Assembly (NCBI GenBank): GCA_963729045.1
Contig: CAVSMN010000011.1
Location: 1 to 64,000 of the forward strand
Reading direction: 5' to 3'
DNA length: 64,000 nt
Source of the DNA: an uncultured Nitrososphaeraceae archaeon
GTDB lineage: Archaea > Thermoproteota > Nitrososphaeria > Nitrososphaerales > Nitrososphaeraceae
Each line of letters opens with the position of its first letter. Positions within the stretch are counted from its first letter, which is position 1. Shown one piece after another: positions 44,169 to 56,013 of this stretch. A program made the position numbers and the translations under genes. Under the pieces are notes generated by a model. The model saw only the letters and a program-made list of their open reading frames with translations, was not told where the DNA came from and ran no database searches.

Positions 44169-45032
44169 TCACCCAATAATATCATATTCCTTCATGATGT
44201 ATGGTAATTCAGTCAAAAGGTCAGAAGCGAGCATATGAAAGCCGATCTTATTTGATAGCCTTAATCCTGCTTTCCCGTTAAAAAATAAACCAAGCAAACA
44301 GGAATCTACTGATCCATATTTGGTTCTGAATCCAGTAATGAGGCCGGAAAGTATATCCCCTGTCCCTCCAACGGTCATTGATGGGGTTGTTCTTTCGATA
44401 ACAAAAGTGCTCTCCCCGTCAGATATTATATTCTGATATCCCTTTAAAACAATTATCAAGCCAAATTCTTTTGCTTTTCGATACACCAATTCGACCTGCT
44501 CGGATAACTTACCGGTAGGGCTATCACCAAATAGTCTTTTGAATTCTCCAGCATGAGGGGTAACTATAGTTTCATTCTTGCATATACTAGGCAGTATATC
44601 TGGAAGCAGAGCCCCAGCATCTATTACTAGATTAGAATCGCCCTCTAATAGCTTTTGTACAAGTAAAATCAATGGTTGTGATTTTGATACATTTAATCCC
44701 ATTCCAATCGCTGCTGCATCAATTCTTTTCGGTAGGGTGTTTAACAGTCTTCTAACAGAACCAGTAGTTAATTTATCATCTGGAAATGGCAAGATTATCA
44801 GATCTGGAGAAAAGATTCGGGAAGAAATTAAGTTGATCTTTGGAATAGCGGTATAGACCAAGTCAGTCCCACTTCTTAAGGCTGCTAGAGAGGATAGCAA
44901 AGGGGCTCCATGATAGATTCTGCTTCCCCCAACCACCAGAGATATCCCGTTTTCACCTTTTCTTGACAGGATATTTCGGGGTTTAACAATTTTTCTAATA
45001 AGGTTATCGTCAACTAAAGAGTAGTCTTTCAT
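44169..45032 (-). CDS. nnrD: ADP-dependent NAD(P)H-hydrate dehydratase
   Basis: KG.NG..LVVGGS..Y.GAP, IDAGAL, TPHAGEF, LKG, GGTGDILSG. Confidence 0.93.
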   Translation of the reverse strand: MKDYSLVDDNLIRKIVKPRNILSRKGENGISLVVGGSRIYHGAPLLSSLAALRSGTDLVYTAIPKINLISSRIFSPDLIILPFPDDKLTTGSVRRLLNTLPKRIDAAAIGMGLNVSKSQPLILLVQKLLEGDSNLVIDAGALLPDILPSICKNETIVTPHAGEFKRLFGDSPTGKLSEQVELVYRKAKEFGLIIVLKGYQNIISDGESTFVIERTTPSMTVGGTGDILSGLITGFRTKYGSVDSCLLGLFFNGKAGLRLSNKIGFHMLASDLLTELPYIMKEYDIIG

Positions 45033-45124
45033 GTTGGATAAATATTAGAGAGAATCCTCATAATAACTAGTTTTAATGACAATTAAATAGAAATATAGGA
45101 TTACCTTCTATAATAATTGGAGTA

Positions 45125-45328
45125 TTGAATAAAAAGGAAAAGGGTTCAATTAAAGATACCCAAACAGAGAACACAGATCAGAAATTCACTGTTCCCATAG
45201 AAATCGATACACATTATCAATTGTACGGCAAGCACATGTGGGAGGTCAACTACTTTGAAAAATGTCCTCGGTGCAATAAACGGATTGACGAATTTGGCTA
45301 TTGTGCATGTACTGGATTTGCAGAGTAA
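45125..45328 (+). CDS. Small zinc-finger protein
   Basis: CPRC...IDEFGYCAC. Confidence 0.7.
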   Translation: MNKKEKGSIKDTQTENTDQKFTVPIEIDTHYQLYGKHMWEVNYFEKCPRCNKRIDEFGYCACTGFAE

Positions 45329-45458
45329 TTAAACTCAAATATCCTCAGCAAAATTGACCGGAATTTTTGTTAAATTAATGAGAAAAGACAGGTTGTTATT
45401 TTAATTGATGTATATTGATTGGATAATAATTATATAGCTGTTCGAAGAGATATTATGT

Positions 45459-45623
45459 ATGAGTAACGAAGTTATGGGTGCGGTAACCTATGAATGTATG
45501 TCGTGTGGCACTAACGTAACAGCAGAAGAGTTGTCATACTTACCAGAAATAAAATGTATTTGCGGGTTCAGGGTATTTAGAAAAGTAAGACAACCGATAA
45601 TAAAACAACTAAAAGCGATCTAA
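45459..45623 (+). CDS. rpoP: RNA polymerase subunit P (Rpo12)
   Basis: Manual translation MSNEVMGAVTYECMSCGTNV...IKCICGFRVFRKVRQPIIKQLKAI. Confidence 0.92.
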   Translation: MSNEVMGAVTYECMSCGTNVTAEELSYLPEIKCICGFRVFRKVRQPIIKQLKAI

Positions 45624-45788
45624 GTGAAAATCAGATGTCCTGATTGTAAAGAAGCGGCTTTTCTCAGCGATGATTTTTCTTTAGTCAAGTGTGATAAATG
45701 CGGTTTTGATAAGACCTATGGAGAGTATGTTAAATACGTTGCATACAAAGATGCAAGATATTCTGACATATTAAGTGATTACAAGTAA
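45624..45788 (+). CDS. 54-aa zinc-ribbon protein
   Basis: Manual translation MKIRCPDCKEAAFLSDDFSLVKCDKCGFDKTYGEYVK...; GTG start abuts the rpoP stop. Confidence 0.8.
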   Translation: MKIRCPDCKEAAFLSDDFSLVKCDKCGFDKTYGEYVKYVAYKDARYSDILSDYK

Positions 45789-45839
45789 AAGGATGCAAAT
45801 AATGCCAGCAGACATCATTTAGAGTGGTGTGAAATTTGT

Positions 45840-47070
45840 ATGGCAATTAGGTCTGAAGTCAAAGAAAAGTATGAGTTAGGAAAATCAGAATACATGTGGG
45901 CAAAGAGGAATATGCCTGTTCTAAATCGATTAACTCATAAATTTGTCTCTAAAAGGTGCTTAGAAAATTTTAACCTTGGTATTTGTCTACATATAACAAA
46001 AGAAACATCAGTATTGCTGATGGCCCTAAAAGATGCTGGTGCCGAGGTTAATTTGTGCCCCGCCAATCCACTCTCAATTCAGGAACCTGTCAAATCTTTC
46101 TTGATTAAGAATGACATCAGGATTTTTTCTAAAGAGGATGGGACCCTCCTAGATTTTTACAGTAATATGGAAAGTGTACTAGATACCAAACCTCATATCA
46201 TTACAGATGATGGTGGGGAGCTTCACAAGAGAGCACTATCTAGAAAGTACAACATAATGGGTGGAACTGAAGAAACTACTTCCGGAGTTAACAGACTTTT
46301 GGCTTGGTGTAAAGAAGGTTTGTTGAAATACCCGATCATCGCCGTTAATCGCTCAAGAGCAAAATCCCTGTTTGATAATAAATATGGAACAGGTCAAAGT
46401 ACAATAGAAGGAATAGTAAAAACTACTGGGATATTGTTATCTAGTAAGAGGATCGTAGTTTGCGGCTATGGCTGGGTTGGAAAGGGAGTAGCAAGATGCG
46501 CTAATGGGATGGGAGCCAAAGTTACAATTACAGAGGTTAATCCACTTAGAGCATTGGAGGCATTTTTTGATGGCTTTGAAGTAAAGCCATTGGATGAAGT
46601 AATATCAAAGGCAGATATTTTCATAACGTGTACTGGTCAAGTAAATGTTATAGGGCAAGGTCAAATTGAAAAAATTAAAGAAGGTGCGATATTATGCAAT
46701 GCTGGCCATTTTGACGTAGAAATTGACATAAATTATTTGAATTCATATAGACCAGAATCATTTTTCTCCAAGAATGAATGTAGAATGCTATAGAGTGGGA
46801 GAAAGTAGAAAAAAAATTTACCTACTAGCAAAAGGGAGGGTTATTAACTTGGTTGGTGCAGAAGGTAACTCACCAGAGGTGATGAGTATTTCCTTCTCAA
46901 ATCAATTTTTGTCTATTGTTTATCTTTCGCAATTTCATGAGAAGTTAGATAACCAAATCTATAAGACACCAAAAAAAATTGAAAGAAAGATACTCTTGAC
47001 TGCATTGGATTCATTTGGTTTGAAGATAGACAGTTTAACTCCACAACAAAGTCATTACTTCAATACATGA
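45840..47070 (+). CDS. ahcY: S-adenosylhomocysteine hydrolase, frameshift ~46746
   Basis: CLHITKET, DDGGEL, EETTSG, FDNKYGTGQS, GYGWVGKG, NAGHFD, GRVINL. Confidence 0.95.
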
Positions 47071-47106
47071 TTTTATCAACTGGTATATCTTCATTTCTTT
47101 TAATTT

Positions 47107-47313
47107 TTAACTTTGACCCAACCGTAACCGCTGTTTAGAAAACGAATTATGTGGCCTACTTCTCAAAATAGTATTACAACATGGACATTTAAATCCCTGC
47201 CATTCAAGAAACAATTCACATTCTTTGCATAATTTGTAGCCTTGGCTGTAATAACTAAAAGAGTCGTTTGTCTTATACGCTTTATACTTTTTGCAGATGG
47301 ATCTACAATACAT
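47107..47313 (-). CDS. Small Cys-rich zinc-finger protein
   Basis: C...C, CKEC, CPCC. Confidence 0.75.
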   Translation of the reverse strand: MYCRSICKKYKAYKTNDSFSYYSQGYKLCKECELFLEWQGFKCPCCNTILRSRPHNSFSKQRLRLGQS

Positions 47314-47571
47314 CTCTTAAAAAATAATTAACCATATTTGTCATTCTGCTACGTATGAAATCTAAATTATTTTTCATATACCACAATTACATTAATTACT
47401 TAAGAACTTAACTGTCTATTTTCATAGCTAATTTGCATTAATTATTCAATCAACAATAACCGGAACAGTATCTGCGGAGAGGAAAGGCATTTTCAAAAAT
47501 TCATAATCAAAGAATAATTTTAAACTCGGCTAATGAATCAAAAATAAGTTAGTTCACAACATAATATCATA

Positions 47572-48067
47572 CTAGTTAATCCTTTCTTTTTTAAGAACTA
47601 AACTGTTACCACACTTGTCACAAAAACTTGATTTTAAATCAAATAAAGTCTTACATATACTGCAATACTTAATGGTTTTTTTTGTCACAAAATTTTTTTT
47701 TCCTGGGGTCAGTATGTTTATAGAAAAATATTTTGCAGCATTGGCCAGAGCGTAATCGGCAGATAAAATCGGTAAATGTAGCTGTAAACTAAGTGCAATT
47801 ACCGAATGATCGGCTTTTGACAATTCCATTTGACCTAAATCTACACATTTTTGTCTGACCATAGAATGGATAGTTGATGTCTGGTTCTTGAATTATTACC
47901 TTTCCTGCAGTTATCAATAAATTCAACCCATCAATCCGTCTCTTGATGTGATTTATTTCCTCCTGAATATCAGGTGTTATATAATAAACATAATCTGAGG
48001 TGGTCTGAAATGGTATTCCCCCGTAAAAGATATTGGAATCAGTTACAAATTTTTTTCTAGAATCCAA
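47572..48067 (-). CDS. nob1: Nob1-like PIN/zinc-ribbon rRNA endonuclease, frameshift ~47868
   Basis: VTDSN, EE, LSKADHSVIAL, DYALAN, CSIC...CDKCG. Confidence 0.85.
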
Positions 48068-48857
48068 GTTTGTTCATCTGTCGAGTATCATTTTTATTGA
48101 ATCTGAGAAACACTGCATCATATCGATATTTTGAAATCTTTATTGGCTGATTCTCCTGGATTTCCTTTACAAGCTGTCCATCCATAATCAATTTAAGGTC
48201 ATGATTCGCACTAATAGTAATTGCCATTAAAGGTAACACAAAGGAAGGTAGCCTATTAACGGATCCTATTGGGGTAATCAGCATACAATCCAAATGTTCT
48301 TGAAGTATAGGTCCACCATTGGATAGGGAATGTCCAGTGGATCCAGTAGGAGTTGAAACTATCATTCCATCCATCTTTTGACTATATCCGTCATCATTGA
48401 TAGAGAGATAAAACAAAGGTGTTTTGGTAAGATCTGAACGCATTATGACGTAATCATTCAAAACAGGGACCGTAATCTCATCACCAATCTGTGCGACTAT
48501 TCTTATCCTTCTATCGAGAAAATAATGTCCTTCTAGGAGAGGGTCCACTATTGAATCAACGGAATCTTTTGAAACCTCCGACAAAATTCCACGCGTACCA
48601 CCTGCATTAATACAAAGTACTGGTATATCTGGAGGTAACGTTCTAAATGTTTTGATAGTAGTTCCATCACCACCGATCGCAATAGCCAAATCAACCTCAA
48701 TATCCAATTCCGGGCTATGTGAATCATAGTCCTTTTTAAAGTCTATGACACTAATCCCTTGTTCAGCCAACTTTTCTCTTAACAAATAAGAAACTTTTCT
48801 AGATTCTTCATTATTTCTTTTGGTAAAAATGGCAATACATCGGATTCGATTACTCAA
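48057..48857 (-). CDS. nadK: NAD kinase
   Basis: GGDGT, LND, DG.IVSTPTGSTGHSLSNGGP. Confidence 0.95.
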   Translation of the reverse strand: MSNRIRCIAIFTKRNNEESRKVSYLLREKLAEQGISVIDFKKDYDSHSPELDIEVDLAIAIGGDGTTIKTFRTLPPDIPVLCINAGGTRGILSEVSKDSVDSIVDPLLEGHYFLDRRIRIVAQIGDEITVPVLNDYVIMRSDLTKTPLFYLSINDDGYSQKMDGMIVSTPTGSTGHSLSNGGPILQEHLDCMLITPIGSVNRLPSFVLPLMAITISANHDLKLIMDGQLVKEIQENQPIKISKYRYDAVFLRFNKNDTRQMNKLGF

Positions 48858-49230
48858 ACAGTTAATGATAAAACATGGGGGTATATTTTTTTACTCTTTG
48901 TAGTTAGGAAGTCAGCTTGGTTTTGGGATTTTTGACTGAATTTTTACTTAAAATTGAAACAAATTGCTAGAATACTATATCTGGAATCATAAACTAAATC
49001 CGAACAGAAAAATAATACATTCAACTTTGAAACAGCTAACTATGGTTGAAATTAGTTCATATTTTCAATATTTTGTAGAGTGCAGAGTTATAGATAATTT
49101 TTAGAAGAAATTGAGCGTCAGAGATTATTCTCTTTTGATATGAATTGTATTTTTACCAAAATTGGGGCTATGGAACACAATAAATTACATTTATATTACA
49201 AAAATAAAGCCTTTAGAAAATAGAAAAACA

Positions 49231-49304
49231 GGGCCGATAGCTCAGCTTGGTGGAGCGTTCGACTGATAATCGAAAGGCCGAGGGTTCAAATCCCTTTCGG
49301 CCCA
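49231..49304 (+). tRNA. tRNA-Ile(GAT), no intron
   Basis: Acceptor GGGCCGA/TCGGCCC, anticodon arm TTCGA CTGATAA TCGAA, GGTTCAAATCC. Confidence 0.96.
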
Positions 49305-50333
49305 TTGAGGATATAACTTAACATCCTTGTGGTTCTAGCTATTACGGATAAAAAATTTAACTAAAATGCCATTTAGATTTTCAATATTGTCCTTAATAAA
49401 ACAAATTCGAATCCATGGAGAACGCAGATCTAAAGATTTGATATTGTTGATTAGTCAAATACAACAATCATAGTGAAAAGTATCAAATTAATGTTGACAA
49501 AGATATCACAGTTTAGAAATTCTTTGAGACCTTTAGAATCATCCTTCTAACCAAGGAGATGACTTTAAAAAATTTAGTCGATCGGTAAATTACAACTTAT
49601 GTAATTCCAAAAAGGAAGGTTCATCCCTATGAATTATTCTATGAACCTCTAAACCGTGCCTCAAACGGAGATATCATGGATATTAAAGTAATGAATAAAA
49701 AAAGTTAGTCGATCGGTAAGCATTTGACTACTCAAGAACAAAAACGAAGGAAGTATTGCAAGGATAATATCTATAAAACATTAAAGGATTTAAGGGAAAT
49801 GCCGATTCACTATATGAGGACCATCTGGGCGGAATAATCCAGTATTAAAAAAATTTTAATATGTTTACATAAGAAATTAAAAAGAAGATCTACCGAATAT
49901 CGATTAGCAAGTCATTGGAGACTCGGTGTAAAAGAAGAACTTCTTGTGATCCTCTGGCTCCATTAACAACATTCGATGGATATTGATCTTCCCAAACATT
50001 ATGGAATCACAAACCGAGCATGAACGTGAGAATGATATGGAGACCTAGGGATTCATAATCTTTCTCTCTAGACTACAAAAACATAAAGCTATGCCGATAT
50101 TATTAATGGTTTAAAAAAAAGGAGATCAGTAGAAATAATAGGATTACTCACTGAAAAGAGGTATACATACCTCGCGAACCATCTTCACTCCTCTGGCCGA
50201 GATAGAGGTCGGCCAAAGTTTAATCATATTACACTGTTCTTAAATCCATATCCAGAGAAACTTCAAAAGTACGATTTAAAACTTGTCTATCATATAATTT
50301 AAAAACTAAAAAAAAGATTATGATGATCTGTGA

Positions 50334-50582
50334 TTAGCAGCTACCCTTTGACCAGCCTACTTTATATCCTTTAGCATAGTCACCTGATCCTGGTGAGTAT
50401 GATAAGCAATGGTCATGATCATACCATCCATCTTTACAGCCTGTGACCCATGCGTGGGGTTTACTTGTCTGGTCTGAACAATAAGATGTAGCGGCATGTG
50501 CATTTTGATTCATTATCAATGGAGTTAGTGCCATTGATGCTAGTGCTAATGCAATTACTAATGAACTTAGTTTAGTATCCAT
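50334..50582 (-). CDS. Small secreted 4-Cys protein
   Basis: MDTKLSSLVIALALASMAL...AHA signal; TTTATATA box ~22 nt upstream. Confidence 0.75.
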   Translation of the reverse strand: MDTKLSSLVIALALASMALTPLIMNQNAHAATSYCSDQTSKPHAWVTGCKDGWYDHDHCLSYSPGSGDYAKGYKVGWSKGSC

Positions 50583-51547
50583 CAGTTTTCTACTATCCGT
50601 ATGTTTATATAAACATATATCTAATATTCCGGAAAAAGAACATTCATAGACTTTTATTTCCAAATGACGTCAATTACAAATGTAATTATTAATTTATTTG
50701 ACTGTTCCCCTAACAATAATTAGTTCCACGGTGCCGACCTTAAAGGACGATACGTACCTCTCTTATTCTTGTTAGCAAAGAATATGCGGTTGTTCAATGG
50801 TTTTGAACAAGAAATATTATGTGGACAAGCAATTGATTTCAAAATTACTCAATTCAAAAAAAAACAAGCAGCGCGCTTTGCATTTTCTAATAACTCTATC
50901 TCATTATTATTTCTAGGTCAATATTTTATTTGACGACATTTCCTAACAACTGTCTTTTGACTAAAATGTTTTAAAATTAGTTTCTCAAAAAATAGTCCAA
51001 ATTGATTAAGTTAATTCTAGGATTTTATTGACAATATCTGGATTGCAATCAAATAGAAACACAATATAACTAAGTGTCATAATTTTAAAAGTAAGTAGTA
51101 TATTGATAATCACATTAGTTGAGATCCTTTTGACATGTAAAGAAATGAAATTAAGGATGTTTTCTCAGAGTATATCATCATTCCCATTCCCGAATTCAAT
51201 ATTTTGATTATTATTTGAGTAGGTGCTTCCAGTGAAAATGTATCCTATGAAATCTAATTTTGAAATGTTGAGTGATATCTGAATTAAGCTCCTAATTGGT
51301 CTTTGTACATCAAAATAAGAAATAAGATTATGATTTGGGCTATCATTTATCCTCAATAATGGCTCGACTATCTGAATCGAATACACTTAACGTCTTATTA
51401 GAGTGATATATACCGATATAAGCTCATTCTAATACGAGGATCAAATTGCCAATTATTAGTCCAAATGATTAAGCTTATCTATATATTTCAATGTTATTTT
51501 GGTTTATGATTTGCACAATTCGGAGAAATAGATAGTTATTCAGTTGG

Positions 51548-52350
51548 TCAATCATTTCTGCTATGAATATTTAAATAATAAATTCGTGTCAATACGGCAA
51601 TTCCAAGCATTAGATATCCGATATTAAAGAAAAGGTCAAATAAATGGTCATCTTGGGTAAACCCAAATAAATCACAAATCCAAAAATTACATCTGCTAGG
51701 AGAAAGAAAAACCCACACGCTGAAAAGAGTAACCAGGAGAGATACTCCCTTATTCAATGAAATCTCCTTTTCTCTAAAGTAGTATAAAACACCGCTTATG
51801 ATAATAAACAAATCAAATATTGGGTATGCAAAAACAAGTATCAAGTCAATAAAATTCCCACTAAGGGAATACACATCAAAAATGAAAACTGAAATATATA
51901 ACACATAAAAAGAAAAAGGAAAAAGGTGACTAGTAAGCTAATAAAGATGCTTAGCTCAATTTTGTATGTTTTATTTAGTCTCCACAGTAACAAAACAAAA
52001 AAAATATACCCTGCAAGATAAAAGATATCCGCTATAGAAGGATAAGGATCAGTATTTAGAACTCCACTATAGTATCCAAAGATTGCTTCCGCTGAAAACC
52101 AACATACAAATGACAACAACAGAAACAATTGCATCACTATCCATTTGGAGTATTGAATTTCCGGTTTTAAGAATCAGGAAGAAAATCAAGTAAATAACAA
52201 TTCCAGCAAGATATTACATTTGGAATATTATAATAACCAAGATAAGATTCTTCGAAATAAAATAAAAAGGAAATTGCCCCGAAGGCAACAAATACCAAAA
52301 TTAGAGATTTCAAAGATAAACTAAAGATGAAATGGAAAGTCAGAAATCAT
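51548..52350 (-). pseudogene. Multi-pass membrane sensor-like protein, several frameshifts
   Basis: PYPSIADIFYLAGY, AYPIFDL and DLFFNIGY segments in different frames. Confidence 0.7.
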
Positions 52351-52447
52351 ATAAAGACTAAGTTACATATTACTTTTTATCAGACAGTAATAAATCGAAT
52401 AAATGTGCATATAGAAATCTATTTAATATTTCTAGTGTTATCTGGAT

Positions 52448-54397
52448 TTGAGTTATCACGAAAGTAGCAACTAATATTTTGATTTTAATCATTCCATTAA
52501 TCATAGGATCAATAGTTATTACCTCCATCCTTTCACTCCAAAATATTTCTGGAGTTCGAGCAAAGTTTTATGATATTTATGAATTGTCTGGCATCCAACT
52601 AATGAACAAGCTCTCTGTTGAGGTAAATGAAATTGCAAAAGATCTTAGTAGTTTGTCAACCCACCCTATATTAGCTAATTCTACCACTCCCATAAACGAC
52701 CAAATTAGCTTACTTCAAAGATAGATTAATTTTAGTAACTCAGAATATCTAGCTGTATCTGTTTATGATAGAAATGGCACTGCTATCATTGATACATCAG
52801 ACGGATCTCCTGGTGGAAATGCTTTGCAAGAAGAATTTTTCAGACAAGCATTAACAGGAGGAACTTATTTTGATAAGAATCCGGATGAAATCGCATTCAA
52901 TCAAACAGGATTTCATTTTTCGGCTCCCATCTATGATTCTAATAAAGTCATAAAAAGTATAATGGATCTTGAGGTTTCAATAAGTTTTATAGACAATGTA
53001 TTCAATAACACACTCTTTCACGACGATATTGAAAATAGTTTGCTGAACTTTACTTCCAGACTAATTCATAGTGACGGCTCAGTGATATACACAGCAAGCC
53101 AGCAAAATGAGTCCCCAGGATATGAATGGTCAACAGAATTTGAACTTCCCTCTTCCTGGAAATCCAATCGCAGAATATGAAAAAAGGAAATCTCAGGACT
53201 CTATTTGATTGAGGTTCCTGAAACTGAAAGTGCGAAGGGTTATCGATCTGATGGGAATTGGACACTCTTACTTGAGGGAAATTTATCTCCAGTTATGAGT
53301 GATTATAACAAAACAGTAAACGGTTTCTTGATTTCTTCAACATTGATTTTATTAATCGCAATTGTAGTTACTATCATTGCTGTAAAGAAAATTACATCTC
53401 CAATTACTCATTTGAAGAACTCAGCTTTAGAATTAAGTAAAGGCAATTTTGGCAAGGAAATAATGGTTGAGGGATCAAATGAGGTAAAAGATCTTTCTAT
53501 CAGCCTTGAGGCAATGAGAAGAAATATCGAGAATTCTAAAAAGAATTTGATTCGTAAGGTTAGAGAAAGGACAAAGAGACCTTGAACGGGCGAATGAAGA
53601 GTTGAGAACAAAAGAATTTCAAGTTAACTCAATTAATAACGAATTGAGGATATCAAATAGAGCCAAGGAAGAATTTCTTTCAATGATAAGTCACGAACTA
53701 AAGACTCCCATAACCCCCATGAAGTTGAATATCGAAATGATGCAAAAAGGAAATAAATCAGAAAATCTAAACGAATTCCAAAGGAAGACACTCACCATTA
53801 TGCATAGGAACATCTTAAAGATAGAGACCATCATAGATGACATTTTTACTGTGTATAAGTTAGAATTGAATAGTTTTCCCATCAACAAGGAGATGACCAA
53901 TATTGTAGAATTAGTGGAGAACAACATGTTAGGATTATCCCCATTAATGAAAGATAAAAATATCAGGTTTATTTCAATAGTTAATGCAACTGGGAGTGTA
54001 TTTTGCGACCCGGTAAGAATTAGTCAAGTATTGTTCAACTTGGTAAATAATGCAGTTGATCACGTCCCTGAGCAAGGTGGGGAAATTACCATTCGAGTCG
54101 ATGAAGAAGATGTAACGTACAAGTAAAATGAGACTTTAATGATAATGTCAATAAAGCATCACAGATCAGTCATATTTACCGTCGAAGATAATGGAATTGG
54201 GATACAACCAGAAAATATGGAAGGACTATTTAAGAAATTTTACCAAATAGATACGGGCCTTAGCAAGAAAATTTGGTGGAACTGGATTAGGGTTAGCAAT
54301 ATGTAAAGGTATAATAGAATCTCACGGAGGCAAAATTTGGATCGATTCTTCATATCGGAATGGCGTCTCATTCAAGTTTTCCCTTGATTCGTTATGA
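52448..54397 (+). pseudogene. Sensor histidine kinase (Cache-HAMP-HisKA-HATPase), disrupted
   Basis: HAMP (PITHL...G.F...EV..L), SHELKTP, NLVNNA, DNGIG, GGTGLGL; in-frame TAG 52722 and TAA 54124 plus several frameshifts. Confidence 0.88.
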
Positions 54398-54445
54398 CAC
54401 CGAGAAAGTATTAAAATGAAAAATATGAAATATTCCTTGTTGACT

Positions 54446-54789
54446 ATGAAAGTATTGACAATTAATGACAATGAAAGTATAACCGAAGCTGTGAAGGATT
54501 TTTTTGAATTTGAAAATATTGATGCAAAACAGTGAATCAAGGTCGGTTAGGGCTTTCAAAAACTGAAAATAAAAAATTTGACCTTATATTACTCGACGTA
54601 GCCAATCCAAGATACAGTGGTATAGATATACTCAATGAACTCAAAAGAGAACGAATTGAAAATCAGAATATAATTATTTTTAGAGCATCAGTCTTCAAAT
54701 CAGAACAGATTGATGATTTTTTGGAAATCGGAGCCAAGGAAGTTTTGACAAAGCCTATCTCATTGGACAAATTAGAATACATTAAGTAA
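54446..54789 (+). pseudogene. Stand-alone response regulator receiver, disrupted
   Basis: MKVLTINDN, FDLILLDVANP..SG, GAKEVLTKP; frameshift ~54522, probable early TAA. Confidence 0.8.
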
Positions 54790-55148
54790 AAATATTTGAA
54801 AACGTAAGTATTGTCAAAATCAGGCCTTGAACTAGGAGGTTTATTACTTTTAGAAATGAATCTGATTTAGTAGTAGTGGTCTATAAGGAGTCATAGTCTT
54901 TGTTCAATGTTGCTTCATAGATAATAACATTGATAGTATCAATTTGATTTTTCGTATCTATTTTTATACCACGATTATTTTTTTACCCGACCTCGGATGA
55001 ATAAGACATTATTATTAATTAGTAGCAAAGAATCTTCGAGAACTAGATACGGTAATTGAGAATTATAAATAAATATCCATCATTATCATAATCCATAATA
55101 TGACCAAAGGAGTCGGCAAGGAAAACTCATCAAAATAAATCAAAAAAG

Positions 55149-55904
55149 TTAGAGGGTATTATTCAAAAATTGAGCAATTACGTCATCAAAGACCTTTATC
55201 GGTTGAGCACCCTCTAAGGCCGCTATTTTTGTTGAATTATCCTTAAGAATAAGGAATGTAGGGGTACTTGCAAGCCCGAGACCTTTAGCGAATATATCAT
55301 TTTGTACCACAAGTTGATTGAATTTATGTGAATTCAAGCAATCTGTGAACTGCGAAATGTTTGGCATGTTTACATTTTTGGCAAATCCTACAAGGCTATC
55401 AGTACTAATCCAACCAGTGTTTTCACCTCTTGAATTTCTATAAACCTCGTCATGATAATCCCAATACTTATTCTGCTCGGCTGCACAATAAGAGGCCTCT
55501 GCACCAAGTGTAGATAGTTTATCCTTGGGTAGGTCGTTGATGACCAGATCCTTAAAACCAAATCTCACTATCCCTGTATCAACGTATTTTGAAACAAGCT
55601 CATCCTTAGTTTCTTGATTGAATCTAGCGCAAAATGGACATTGATAGTCACCAAACTCTATAATATTTAATGTGGCATTATTATCACCAATGGCTTCGGC
55701 GCCTGGAATCACTGGAGTAGTCAGATTGGAAATCAATTGCTGGGTATCAGCGGGATTAGAAGAGGATGACTTATTTTTGCCTCCAAAATTAGAAAATGCT
55801 GTAATTGAGCCTCCAATTAAAAGTGCCCCAAATAGAACTGCCATAATTAGTAGCTTGCGATAATTAGTTTTAGGACCATGAGGTTTCCTGTTTCTATGCT
55901 TCAA
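55149..55904 (-). CDS. DsbA/BdbD-family thiol-disulfide oxidoreductase
   Basis: TM anchor, EFGDYQCPFC, STPTF, GAQP. Confidence 0.93.
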   Translation of the reverse strand: MKHRNRKPHGPKTNYRKLLIMAVLFGALLIGGSITAFSNFGGKNKSSSSNPADTQQLISNLTTPVIPGAEAIGDNNATLNIIEFGDYQCPFCARFNQETKDELVSKYVDTGIVRFGFKDLVINDLPKDKLSTLGAEASYCAAEQNKYWDYHDEVYRNSRGENTGWISTDSLVGFAKNVNMPNISQFTDCLNSHKFNQLVVQNDIFAKGLGLASTPTFLILKDNSTKIAALEGAQPIKVFDDVIAQFLNNTL

Positions 55905-56013
55905 ATTAGAACAATAATTGAAAAACCAATCGGTTATTTAAAATAAATATATAGAAAATACAGATAACTATATCCGGATTCAAAAGGTCAAAATATGAAA
56001 AACATTTCTTACC

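Noticed and set aside
19015..47870. Other frameshift sites as further BHB introns or programmed frameshifts
   Set aside because: Each is repaired by one base; I saw no extra sequence, BHB fold or shared slippery motif.
50190..50220. TGGCCGA/TCGGCCA hairpin as an attR copy of tRNA-Ile
   Set aside because: Only ~6 nt match the tRNA end; too short, and no integrase.
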